Positions 53,190 through 61,643 of a DNA stretch of 64,000 nucleotides are shown here, piece after piece (the stretch's first letter is position 1; each line of letters begins with the position of its first letter). Both the position numbers and the translations under genes were made by a program. The notes below the pieces were generated by a model. The model worked only from the letters and a program-made list of their open reading frames with translations, was not told the origin of the DNA and made no database searches. Source of the DNA: Gammaproteobacteria bacterium (lineage in GTDB: Bacteria > Pseudomonadota > Gammaproteobacteria > Eutrophobiales > Eutrophobiaceae); the NCBI GenBank assembly GCA_965198875.1, contig CBDAPU010000001.1, positions 1,544,996 to 1,608,995 of the forward strand. Reading direction: 5' to 3'.

Positions 53190-54521
53190 ATGTTCACACC
53201 GATCATAACCGACCTGCTGCTCCTCGCCCTGTTACTTCTGATCATCGGGGTGTTGGTTAAAATATCATCAAAATCAACGGGCTCCGAGACCTTAACAAAG
53301 CTCGACGCCAGACTGGATGAATACCTGCGCCGCATCAGCCAACTGGAGCAACAGATCGGCAAAGCCCAGCTTGAGCAGCTCGACGCCTTATCTCAGTTAA
53401 GAGAAAGACTGGTCGGCGCCTTCTCAGAATTGCGAGAGGAGCTAAGAGCCATACTCCTGGGGCACGACACCCGCTTTGAGAAGCGCCAGGGAGAGGCCTT
53501 AAAAGACTTAACCGACTCCCTGCAATCCGGTATGACGAACACGCAGAAACTACTCGGAGAGAGCCTGTCCAGATACAGCGAAGATGTGGGGAAACGGGTG
53601 GCTGATCTAACCGAAAAAACCGATCAACGACTGCTGGAGATCAGTGGCCAGGTGGAGAAGAAATTATCCGCAGGCTTTGAAAAAACCAATGCGACATTTA
53701 TCGATATATTAAAAAGACTGACGCTGATAGATGCGGCGCAGAAAAAGATCACCGAGCTCTCCAGCAATGTCGTCAGTCTTCAGGAAATCCTGGCGGACAA
53801 ACGCTCCCGCGGGGCCTTCGGTGAAGTGCAATTAAAGAGTTTGATCCAGAACGTCATCCCTGAGGCCCATTACAAAATGCAATATACATTAGCCAACAAT
53901 AAAGTGGCTGATTGCGTCTTATTTCTACCTGAACCAACAGGGATGATCGCCATAGACTCCAAGTTCCCGCTGGAGTCCTATCAGCGTATGACGGATCATG
54001 AGGTATCCGATGGGGAGCGCAGGGAGGCCCAAAGACAGTTCAAGGCGGACATACAAAAACACGTTGCGGACATCTCAAGCAAATACATCATTCCGGGGAC
54101 AACCGCCGATGGGGCCATGATGTTTGTGCCGGCGGAGTCCATCTTCTCGGAGATCCAGTCACATCACCCCGATGTGGTTGAAAAAGCCCATCGGGCGAAA
54201 GTCTGGATTGTCTCTCCGACGACCATGTGGGCGATACTGAATACGGCCAGAACCGTGTTGAAAGATGCGGCCACTAAAGAGCAGGTGCATATTATTCAGG
54301 AGCACCTGGGCTATTTAGGCAAGGATTTTGAACGCTTTCAAAAACGCATGGATGAGCTGTCCAGACACATCAAACAGGCCCACGATGACGTCGAAAATGT
54401 GAATAAATCAGCTAGAAAAATATCATCACGATTCAGTAAAATTGAGCAGGTGGAATTAGAGCATGAGCAGGAAGTCTCGCGAAAGGTAATTGAGATAGAC
54501 GATAAAAAGCAGATCACGTAA
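53190..54521 (+). CDS. rmuC: DNA recombination protein RmuC
   Basis: N-terminal TM helix. Long coiled-coil. C-terminal RmuC nuclease-like domain (GAFGEVQL...IAIDSKFPLESY...). 443 aa. Confidence 0.8.
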   Translation: MFTPIITDLLLLALLLLIIGVLVKISSKSTGSETLTKLDARLDEYLRRISQLEQQIGKAQLEQLDALSQLRERLVGAFSELREELRAILLGHDTRFEKRQGEALKDLTDSLQSGMTNTQKLLGESLSRYSEDVGKRVADLTEKTDQRLLEISGQVEKKLSAGFEKTNATFIDILKRLTLIDAAQKKITELSSNVVSLQEILADKRSRGAFGEVQLKSLIQNVIPEAHYKMQYTLANNKVADCVLFLPEPTGMIAIDSKFPLESYQRMTDHEVSDGERREAQRQFKADIQKHVADISSKYIIPGTTADGAMMFVPAESIFSEIQSHHPDVVEKAHRAKVWIVSPTTMWAILNTARTVLKDAATKEQVHIIQEHLGYLGKDFERFQKRMDELSRHIKQAHDDVENVNKSARKISSRFSKIEQVELEHEQEVSRKVIEIDDKKQIT

Positions 54522-54611
54522 CATCGATCACACTAACACTTTCCCCCGACAGAGCTTTTTTCAACAACGCTATTTAAGGATGACATCCCCCGTCTTTTTT
54601 GCAGTGACGCC

Positions 54612-55427
54612 ATGCATGGATTGAAAGCGGTCCTGTTCGATATGGACGGCACGATTGCTGATAATGAGGATATACACCGGCAGGCCTTTAATATTGCCTT
54701 TGAGGCGTTCGGCTACCCGCTTAACTGGTCCCGTGAAGCGTATCAATCCCTGCTTGGTATCTCCGGTGGCAAGGAACGCATACGCCACTGCTTAAAGATG
54801 CACCCTCTCATCGAAGGTAGCCATGAGGCGCTATGCCAGATCACAGATGCGATACACCTGAAAAAATCCGCTGTATACAGACAGCGATTGCTGGCGGATA
54901 AAATCACCTTGCGCCCGGGCGTTCGCAGGCTTATCACCGAGTTACGAAACGCCGGCCTTCGCCTCGCCATCGCCACCAGCTCATCCAGAGAGAACGTCGA
55001 TACTTTATTACACCATGCCTTTGGCCCGGCAGGCATTGATTTATTCACAACCATTGTGACCTCGGACAGTGTAGAAGATAAAAAACCATCGCCGGCGGTA
55101 TATTATTCTGCCCTGTCTGAATTGGACGTGGCCCCTGAGAGCTGTATCGCCATAGAAGATACCGAAAATGGTAATCTGGCGGCGCTCGCCGCCGGTATTA
55201 ACACCATCATCACCACCCATCCCCTGACACGGGATCACGATTTTACCGGCGCTGCGCTTGTCCTTGATCAGCTCGGTGAGCCGGACAGCCCGTTTGAGGT
55301 GCTGGCCGGCAACCACCATCACCATCATTACGTTGATCTAAAACTCCTGCGAACCATACATGGGATTGCCGGGCCCCATAAACCTGCCGTCGGTTATGTC
55401 AATGCGGGCGAAGTTGCGGCAAGATAA
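54612..55427 (+). CDS. HAD-IA hydrolase (beta-phosphoglucomutase/CbbY-like) with a natural His5 run near the C-terminus
   Basis: Motif I VLFDMDGTIAD. Motif III K. Motif IV EDTENG. ...AGNHHHHHYVD... 271 aa. Confidence 0.7.
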   Translation: MHGLKAVLFDMDGTIADNEDIHRQAFNIAFEAFGYPLNWSREAYQSLLGISGGKERIRHCLKMHPLIEGSHEALCQITDAIHLKKSAVYRQRLLADKITLRPGVRRLITELRNAGLRLAIATSSSRENVDTLLHHAFGPAGIDLFTTIVTSDSVEDKKPSPAVYYSALSELDVAPESCIAIEDTENGNLAALAAGINTIITTHPLTRDHDFTGAALVLDQLGEPDSPFEVLAGNHHHHHYVDLKLLRTIHGIAGPHKPAVGYVNAGEVAAR

Positions 55428-55480
55428 AGCGGATGATTTACCTTTGGCGGCCAAGTGGATAGCCATGAAACACAGCTAAC

Positions 55481-56416
55481 ATGACCCTCACGGAATTACG
55501 CTACATTGTCGCCGTCTCACGGGAATTACACTTTGGCAGGGCCGCGGCGGCCTGTTATGTCAGCCAACCCACTCTCAGTGTCGCCGTAAAGAAGCTGGAA
55601 GATGAGCTCGATGTGACCATCTTTGAGCGACATCAACATGACGTCACCATCACCCCCGTCGGTCAACGAATTATTGATCAGGCCATGCTTGTGCTGGAGC
55701 AGGCAAGCTCAATCAAAGCCATCGCTGAGGAGGGTAAAGATCAGTTAAAAGGCACCTTAAAACTGGGGATCATATACACCATAGGGCCTTTTTTACTACC
55801 GCATCTTATCCCGTTGTTAAACCGGGAGACACCGGATCTGGTGCTGATCATAAAAGAAGACTTTACCGTAAACCTGGCGGATAGATTAAAACGTGGCGAA
55901 CTAGATATGATCATCGTATCAACCCCCTTTGAACAACCCGGCGTCACAGTGGAGGTGTTATATAAAGAACCCTTCACCGTCGTGTTACCCAACAACCATA
56001 AACTGGCCCGTAAAAAACACATCAAAACCGATGATCTGATTGAGGAGACATTATTATTACTGAAATCCGGCAACTGCTTCCGGGATCAGGTCATGGACGC
56101 CTGTCCCGCCTGCAAGAGCGACACCTTTTCAAAGGACAAGATCCAGAAAACCCTGGAAGGCAGCTCCATTGAAACGATTAAACAAATGGTCGCCGCCGGA
56201 TCAGGGGTGACCATATTGCCCTCCACAGCCATACAGCAACACGATGGTCTTAACAAGCTGGTTGAATACCGGCCATTCGCAAAACCAGCGCCACAAAGAG
56301 ATGTCGCCCTCGCCTACCGTCATTCCTTTCCCCGGAGGCGATTGGCGGGGCTTATCTGCGATATGATCCGGCAGTGTGAGATCCCGAATACGAAACACTC
56401 ACACATCGGTGAGTGA
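55481..56416 (+). CDS. oxyR: LysR-family hydrogen-peroxide sensor OxyR
   Basis: LysR HTH (MTLTELRYIVAVSRELHFGRAAAACYVSQPTLS). Redox-Cys pair with OxyR spacing (GNC-FRDQVMDA-C, 9 residues apart, like C199/C208). Overall very similar to Pseudomonas-type OxyR. Confidence 0.8.
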   Translation: MTLTELRYIVAVSRELHFGRAAAACYVSQPTLSVAVKKLEDELDVTIFERHQHDVTITPVGQRIIDQAMLVLEQASSIKAIAEEGKDQLKGTLKLGIIYTIGPFLLPHLIPLLNRETPDLVLIIKEDFTVNLADRLKRGELDMIIVSTPFEQPGVTVEVLYKEPFTVVLPNNHKLARKKHIKTDDLIEETLLLLKSGNCFRDQVMDACPACKSDTFSKDKIQKTLEGSSIETIKQMVAAGSGVTILPSTAIQQHDGLNKLVEYRPFAKPAPQRDVALAYRHSFPRRRLAGLICDMIRQCEIPNTKHSHIGE

Positions 56417-56436
56417 CGTTCTCTTCGGAAGAGGTG

Positions 56437-57810
56437 CTATTTGATCACTAAAAAAGCGGCGGCATTACCCCGGATCACCCTCAGCAGCAAGGTGTTCTTC
56501 AGGGGATCAACCAGTTTCAAAAAAGAGTTTAGATGAGCAATGTTCTTGTGATTCACAGAGGTGATAATATCCCCTCTCCTTAACCCCGCCGACCAGGCCC
56601 GTGTGCCCCGTTGCACACCGACCACCACCACCCCCTTTATTTTTCCATAATAGGGATGGGCTTCATCCAGATCACCCAGTGTTACGCCTTCCAGTCTTGG
56701 GTTGACAATCTGCGGGTTATCCGGAAACGCTTTAGCGGCCGCAATGTTGGCCTGTAGTCGCCTCTTTTTGCCGTCTCTCACTATTTCAAACCGCACCTCC
56801 TCACCGACCGGCAACAAACCAATGTGGTTTCTCACATCACCGGCCATCTTGATGGGCTTGGCGTTAATGGATGTGATGATGTCGCCGGGCTGTAGGCCGG
56901 CTTTATCAGCGGGCGAGTCCGGCAAGACCTTATTCACCACCGCGCCGCTTTGCTTTGTAATGCCGAAGGCCTCGGCCAAATCAGGGTTTAAGTCCTGCAC
57001 ATGAATACCAATAAAACCCCGTTCAACGACCCCCTTATCCAGCAACTGCTCCATGACCTGTAACGCCAGATTAACAGGGATGGCGAAGCCAATGCCAATA
57101 TTGCCGCCGCTACGCGAGAAGATAGCGGTATTGATACCAATGAGCTCGCCGTTCAGATTAACCAGCGCACCGCCGGAATTGCCCGGGTTAATCGATGCGT
57201 CCGTTTGAATAAAATCTTCATAACCCTCAATGCCGAGACCGCTACGACCCAGCGCACTGACAATGCCGGAGGTCACGGTTTGCCCCAAACCAAAAGGGTT
57301 ACCGATGGCCACCGCAAAGTCGCCCACGCGCAGATTATTCGAATCCGCCGGCTTTATATCAACCAGATCTTCTGACGGGATTTTAATCACGGCCACATCG
57401 GTTGCCGGATCAGTACCGACTATCTCTGCATCAAGGTGTCTTCCATCACGCAAGGTGACGGTTATTTGCACGGCGTTTGCGATCACATGATGATTGGTTA
57501 ATACCAGGCCACGTTTGGCGTCAACGATCACGCCGGAGCCCAGGCTTTGGGTTTTTCTTTCAATGGGTTGATTGGGCATATTAAAGAAGCGGCGAAAAAA
57601 CGGATCGGCAAACAAGGGGGTTTGTTTTAACTGTACCCGTCCTTCACTTGCAATGTTCACAACAGCCGGGGTAACCTCATCGAGCATCGGGGCGAGGCTG
57701 GGCAGGGCTTTATTGTTGATCGACTGCGGGAGCGCTGCATGCGCGGATATGAAATGACATAAACCGAAAAGCCATATCAAGACGGAATAACGTTGTTGTT
57801 TGACGATCAC
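56437..57810 (-). CDS. periplasmic serine endoprotease, DegP/DegQ/MucD (HtrA) family, two PDZ domains
   Basis: Catalytic triad regions (TNHHV; D; GNSGG). Two PDZ domains. I prefer the start at the GTG at 57810, giving the signal peptide MIVKQQRYSVLIWLFGLCHFISAHAA. The annotated longest-ORF start at 57903 lies upstream of the putative sigma-E promoter. Confidence 0.8.
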   Translation of the reverse strand: MIVKQQRYSVLIWLFGLCHFISAHAALPQSINNKALPSLAPMLDEVTPAVVNIASEGRVQLKQTPLFADPFFRRFFNMPNQPIERKTQSLGSGVIVDAKRGLVLTNHHVIANAVQITVTLRDGRHLDAEIVGTDPATDVAVIKIPSEDLVDIKPADSNNLRVGDFAVAIGNPFGLGQTVTSGIVSALGRSGLGIEGYEDFIQTDASINPGNSGGALVNLNGELIGINTAIFSRSGGNIGIGFAIPVNLALQVMEQLLDKGVVERGFIGIHVQDLNPDLAEAFGITKQSGAVVNKVLPDSPADKAGLQPGDIITSINAKPIKMAGDVRNHIGLLPVGEEVRFEIVRDGKKRRLQANIAAAKAFPDNPQIVNPRLEGVTLGDLDEAHPYYGKIKGVVVVGVQRGTRAWSAGLRRGDIITSVNHKNIAHLNSFLKLVDPLKNTLLLRVIRGNAAAFLVIK

Positions 57811-57845
57811 TGCGCCACCCGATGATTTAACTGATTGTTGTGTTG

Positions 57846-57871
57846 TTAGAGAAGAAGGATGATAAAAGTTC
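57846..57871 (-). promoter_or_regulatory. sigma-E (RpoE/AlgU)-type promoter for the DegP-like protease gene
   Basis: The minus strand reads GAACTT-N15-TCTAA (consensus GGAACTT-N16-TCTGA/TCAAA), ending ~30 nt upstream of the GTG at 57810. Confidence 0.45.
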
Positions 57872-58083
57872 AGATGGACGGACAAGGCGCTGTTGGAGAA
57901 CATACCCCACCACCATAAACCATCTTCATCTTCAACAGGTTAAGGGGCATACCGGCCGCTTCGTACATCCGTGTACCCTTCGGCATAAGCACACCCCTAT
58001 ACAAGTACAAGTCTCGGCAAAGACGGCGCCATCTTCCTGGATCTTGCATCTTCTGATCACGCCAGCCGGCTCTCAATATGGGC

Positions 58084-58518
58084 TTAATGATTAACGGTGA
58101 TTTTTTTAGCTTGCTCCTTCTCTTGCTTGGGTATGGAGATCTCCAGCACACCATGTTTACCGCTCGCTTCAATTTTTTCCTCATCCACACCGTCAGGCAA
58201 ACTGAATTGACGATAAAAAGCGCCTCGCACCCTTTCTATCTTTTTATACCCATTCTTCTCTTCGCCCTGCTCATGCTCACGCCCACCTTTCAGGCTAAGC
58301 ACACCATCCTCCGTGGTAACGTCAATATCCCGAGGGTCCACACCCGGCAGATCGACCAGGATAAGAAAACGACTCTCCTCTTCTTTCACATCCACAGCAG
58401 GTCGCCAATGACCGCCAATGGCTCTCGATTGCGGCCGCGCTTTAAGCCCATGGAAGAACGACTCGGCCAGACCCAGCCTGTCAACAAAATGAAATGGTTC
58501 ATAACGAATGAATGACAT
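58084..58518 (-). CDS. ibpA: small heat-shock protein (Hsp20/alpha-crystallin, IbpA-like)
   Basis: MSFIRYEPFHFVDRL... alpha-crystallin domain ...GVLEISIPK... 144 aa from the ATG at 58518. The longest ORF to 58692 has an unlikely 58-aa leader. Confidence 0.85.
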   Translation of the reverse strand: MSFIRYEPFHFVDRLGLAESFFHGLKARPQSRAIGGHWRPAVDVKEEESRFLILVDLPGVDPRDIDVTTEDGVLSLKGGREHEQGEEKNGYKKIERVRGAFYRQFSLPDGVDEEKIEASGKHGVLEISIPKQEKEQAKKITVNH

Positions 58519-58553
58519 ACTCTCTCTCCAGAATGAAATTATCTTGAGAACCC

Positions 58554-58581
58554 ATATAGGGCCGTACATCAAAAAATCAAG
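58554..58581 (-). promoter_or_regulatory. sigma-32 (RpoH) heat-shock promoter for ibpA
   Basis: The minus strand reads CTTGATT-N13-CCCTATAT (consensus CTTGAAA-N13/14-CCCCATNT). Its -10 element ends ~36 nt upstream of the ibpA ATG; GGAGAGAG Shine-Dalgarno. Confidence 0.5.
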
Positions 58582-58648
58582 CCTCCGACCCATTGTGATG
58601 CACCAGACATGTTGATGGATTAGGCGTGGTTTTAAGTGAATGATGTTG

Positions 58649-58887
58649 TGTACACCTTCGGGAAGTCGCCTGATGGCAACAGACATATTCATTTGATGAA
58701 GATACGTTAAACTTGTGCATACCTTCGGGGTGCCGCCTGATGACAGCTATTCAATCCCGTGTCTGAACCTGCATCTCATTAGGCGGTGTTCATGCTGCAG
58801 ATAGTGATGTTGTCGGCGGGGGCTCTTCTATGCGAAGACAAGCGACAACCACATCCAAATCGAGATAGTGATGTTACCGGCGGTGGG
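58649..58887. repeat. two different tandem repeat pairs (66- and 64-bp periods) upstream of ibpA
   Basis: GTG(T/C)A(C/T)ACCTTCGGG(A/G)(A/T)G(T/C)CGCCTGATG(G/A)CA at 58649 and 58715. (C/G)AGATAGTGATGTT(G/A)(T/C)CGGCGG(G/T)GGG at 58798 and 58862. A related CCGTGTACCCTTCGGCATAAGC lies at ~57975. Confidence 0.65.
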
Positions 58888-59020
58888 ATATTCTATATTC
58901 TTCCATGTCTTTCGATCAGCGAGCGTCCACCTCGGCTCATCATCATGACTTGACGGCCTGCCCGGCGTGGACGAGCCGCATCGCCCTCGTTGCCTGATCA
59001 AGAAAAAGCCATGCCTTGAA

Positions 59021-59665
59021 TTAAATCCAGTAAGCCGTAGTCGTCATCACCCTGGCGCAATAACCCATGCTCACCTTGACGGGCTCCGGTAACTCGGCGG
59101 CGCCGGCCGCCAACGCATCCCCTGCATGTGTTAATTCATCCTCGCGGATCTGCTCTAAAATCTGCCTGCTCTTATGATCGTTTTCCGGTAACTGCGAAAG
59201 ATGCCTATCCAGATGGGCGACCACCTGACGTTCTGTTTCAAGCACAAAACCCAAACTCCACTTCTCTCCCAGCAAACCGGCCATTGCGCCAATCGCAAAT
59301 GATCCCGTATACCAGATCGGATTAAGATAACTGACATGACTGTTTAATGCGACCACCCGCTCTTCACACCAGTGCAGGTGATCGCGCTCCTCGGCTGCGG
59401 CCTGTTGCAGGGAATGACGCACCCCGGGCTCTTTCGCCACCAAAGCCTGACCTGCATACAGGGCCTGTGCGGCCACCTCCCCGGCATGATTAACACGCAT
59501 CAGTCCTGCTGAATGACGTCTTTCAGATCGCGCTAAGGGTTGCTCTTCCTCACCGCTGGCAGGGCTTGGGCGCGCCGGCTGGCCATGTTTGGCGAAGATA
59601 GCCGAGAAGGCCCTATCAAGGCCCATGATCAGCTCATCGACTGAATTGAACGTGCGTTGACCCAT
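59021..59665 (-). CDS. coq7: demethoxyubiquinone hydroxylase, Coq7 family (di-iron)
   Basis: Di-iron carboxylate motifs (E...EERDHLHW; E...DELTHAG). The RVNHAGEVAAQALYAGQ block matches Pseudomonas Coq7. Start taken at MGQRTF (59665). Confidence 0.8.
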   Translation of the reverse strand: MGQRTFNSVDELIMGLDRAFSAIFAKHGQPARPSPASGEEEQPLARSERRHSAGLMRVNHAGEVAAQALYAGQALVAKEPGVRHSLQQAAAEERDHLHWCEERVVALNSHVSYLNPIWYTGSFAIGAMAGLLGEKWSLGFVLETERQVVAHLDRHLSQLPENDHKSRQILEQIREDELTHAGDALAAGAAELPEPVKVSMGYCARVMTTTAYWI

Positions 59666-59768
59666 GCCGGGATTGTTGAAAAAAATCGCTGGAAAGTCCA
59701 GATTTATTGACACAAAAGAGGGCAGTCCGTACCATTGCTTCTTTTTTTTCGCCGTCATCTAACACACA

Positions 59769-60197
59769 ATGAAGACCTACACCGCAACACCATCGAAGAT
59801 CAGGCGTAATTGGTATCTTGTGGACGCCAGAGGAAAAGTCCTGGGAAGACTGGCTTCCAAAATCGCCCTTCGCCTGCGCGGGAAACACAAACCCGAATAC
59901 ACCCCAAACATGGACACGGGCGATTACATCGTCGTGATCAACGCCAGGGAGGTTCATGTCACCGGCAATAAGGCGAAGGATAAAATCTACTACCGTCACA
60001 GCGGCTATCCCGGGGGCATTAAGTCAACCCGCTTTGAGAAGCTGATGCAGTCAAGACCTGAGCGTGTTATTGAAAAAGCCGTGAAGGGCATGTTGCCGAA
60101 AGGCCCGCTGGGGCGTGAGATGTTTCGCAAACTACGTGTGTATGCGGACGGGCGTCATCAACATGCAGCACAACAACCACAACCCCTGGACATTTAA
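59769..60197 (+). CDS. rplM: 50S ribosomal protein L13
   Basis: [20 protein letters not shown]... Confidence 0.95.
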   Translation: MKTYTATPSKIRRNWYLVDARGKVLGRLASKIALRLRGKHKPEYTPNMDTGDYIVVINAREVHVTGNKAKDKIYYRHSGYPGGIKSTRFEKLMQSRPERVIEKAVKGMLPKGPLGREMFRKLRVYADGRHQHAAQQPQPLDI

Positions 60198-60199
60198 TC

Positions 60200-60592
60200 A
60201 TGGCGGAGAACATTTACTACAGCACCGGTCGCAGAAAAAGCGCCAGCGCACGGGTTTATCTCAAGCAAGGCACGGGCAACATCGTGGTGAATAATCGTAC
60301 ATTGGATCAGTATTTCGGTAGAGAAACCGGCAGGATGATCGTCAGGCAACCTTTAGAGAAGCTCGATATGATGCAACACTTTGACATTAAAGTGACCGTG
60401 GCGGGCGGTGGTATTTCAGGTCAGGCCGGCGCTATCCGCCATGGGATCAGCCGGGCGCTCATCAAATATGACGAAACCTTACGCAAACCCCTGCGTCAAG
60501 CGGGCTTTGTCACGCGCGATGCAAGAGAAGTCGAACGCAAGAAAATCGGTCTGCACAAGGCTAGGAAACGACCGCAATACAGCAAACGTTAA
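60200..60592 (+). CDS. rpsI: 30S ribosomal protein S9
   Basis: ...[16 protein letters not shown]...[11 protein letters not shown]. Confidence 0.95.
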   Translation: MAENIYYSTGRRKSASARVYLKQGTGNIVVNNRTLDQYFGRETGRMIVRQPLEKLDMMQHFDIKVTVAGGGISGQAGAIRHGISRALIKYDETLRKPLRQAGFVTRDAREVERKKIGLHKARKRPQYSKR

Positions 60593-60860
60593 GCCCTTAC
60601 ATCATCTTGACCCTTATCTGCCCATCATCGTGCGCCGATGTGGGCTGTTTTATTGCGGCAGTGGATAGCATATAAAAACACATGTCGGCTGAAAAAGTCG
60701 GCGAAGGAATAACTTTTATCGCTCATGATGATGTGACTAAAATCAAGGGAAAAGCGTGAATGACATGCCGGTAATAAAAGTGTTATCACGATCATCATGA
60801 TCAGTTGAGATAACATCAGGAGAGTCTGCGCCAGGTGAAGGCCATCAAGCTATGAGGGAC

Positions 60861-61020
60861 GAGGCAAAGTGGATGTATGCGGGACTTGCGAGAGCATCAT
60901 CATGTGACGAAACAGGCAGAGCGAGCGCAAAGCTGGGGGCTCACGCCAAGCGGGCGTCAAGTCATAGGTCAGAGGCGAAGTGGACGGTCGCGACTTGGCG
61001 AGACCATCATCATGACCGGG
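60861..61020. repeat. two ~49-bp direct repeats (111-bp period) GAGGC(A/G)AAGTGGA(T/C)G...GACTTG(C/G)CGAGA(G/C)CATCATCATG(T/A)(G/C)AC downstream of rpsI
   Basis: Copies at 60861 and 60972. Each contains the shared CTTGCGAG..CATCATCATGAC motif also seen at 31410 and 31475. Confidence 0.65.
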
Positions 61021-61643
61021 CATTGTTAAGAACACTCTATCAATGCCCGCTGTTCGAAAGGCATAGATGACTGGCGAGACGATCAGCATAGTACGTCCTT
61101 TCTACCCCTCAACGGGCACATCGGATAAAGCCTGCCCGGTATCGCAGACAGATGATCGCACCGAGCAGGTATTTCTTTAGCGAGAGGCGAAATGGATTAT
61201 ATTCCCTTTAAACCTGCAAATCTATTTGCTAGGCAGGCACTTACCCACAATCCGCCACTTCTCAATGGGGGGTGACTATCATTTTGAGACAGGGGGAAAT
61301 GGACAAAAAACGGCGGAAAGCCAGTGTGGGTAAGGGTTTGGGGGATAGGGGGTGGAAATAAAAGAATCACTCATTTTGCGACAAAAATACACTTTTATGT
61401 CACAAAAATGTGCATTTAATGTTCCAGAATGTCTACTTTATCCCCCTTAAATCCACCAAAATGATCATTTTAATGGCGGTTAAAGGGGATTTAATCGGGT
61501 TTTATGATGGGTTTAATGCTACACTGAAGGCATGCCGCATGAGGCTGAAAAATCGCCGCTGACAGCCATGAGCCCATCTTTGGCCTCTGTATGCGGGGGT
61601 GCCAGGCATAGTGACCTGGATGGCGTCCCGCCATGCGGCACAC

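Noticed and set aside
58519-58553. ROSE-type RNA thermometer in the ibpA 5' UTR
   Set aside because: With the sigma-32 promoter placed at 58554-58581 the leader is only ~28-36 nt. I see no U(U/C)GCU anti-SD hairpin.
60850-61089. Two ~75-aa ORFs (both strands) downstream of rpsI
   Set aside because: They are generated by the 111-bp-period direct repeats. The translations simply reflect the repeat (EAKW... twice). They are not genes.
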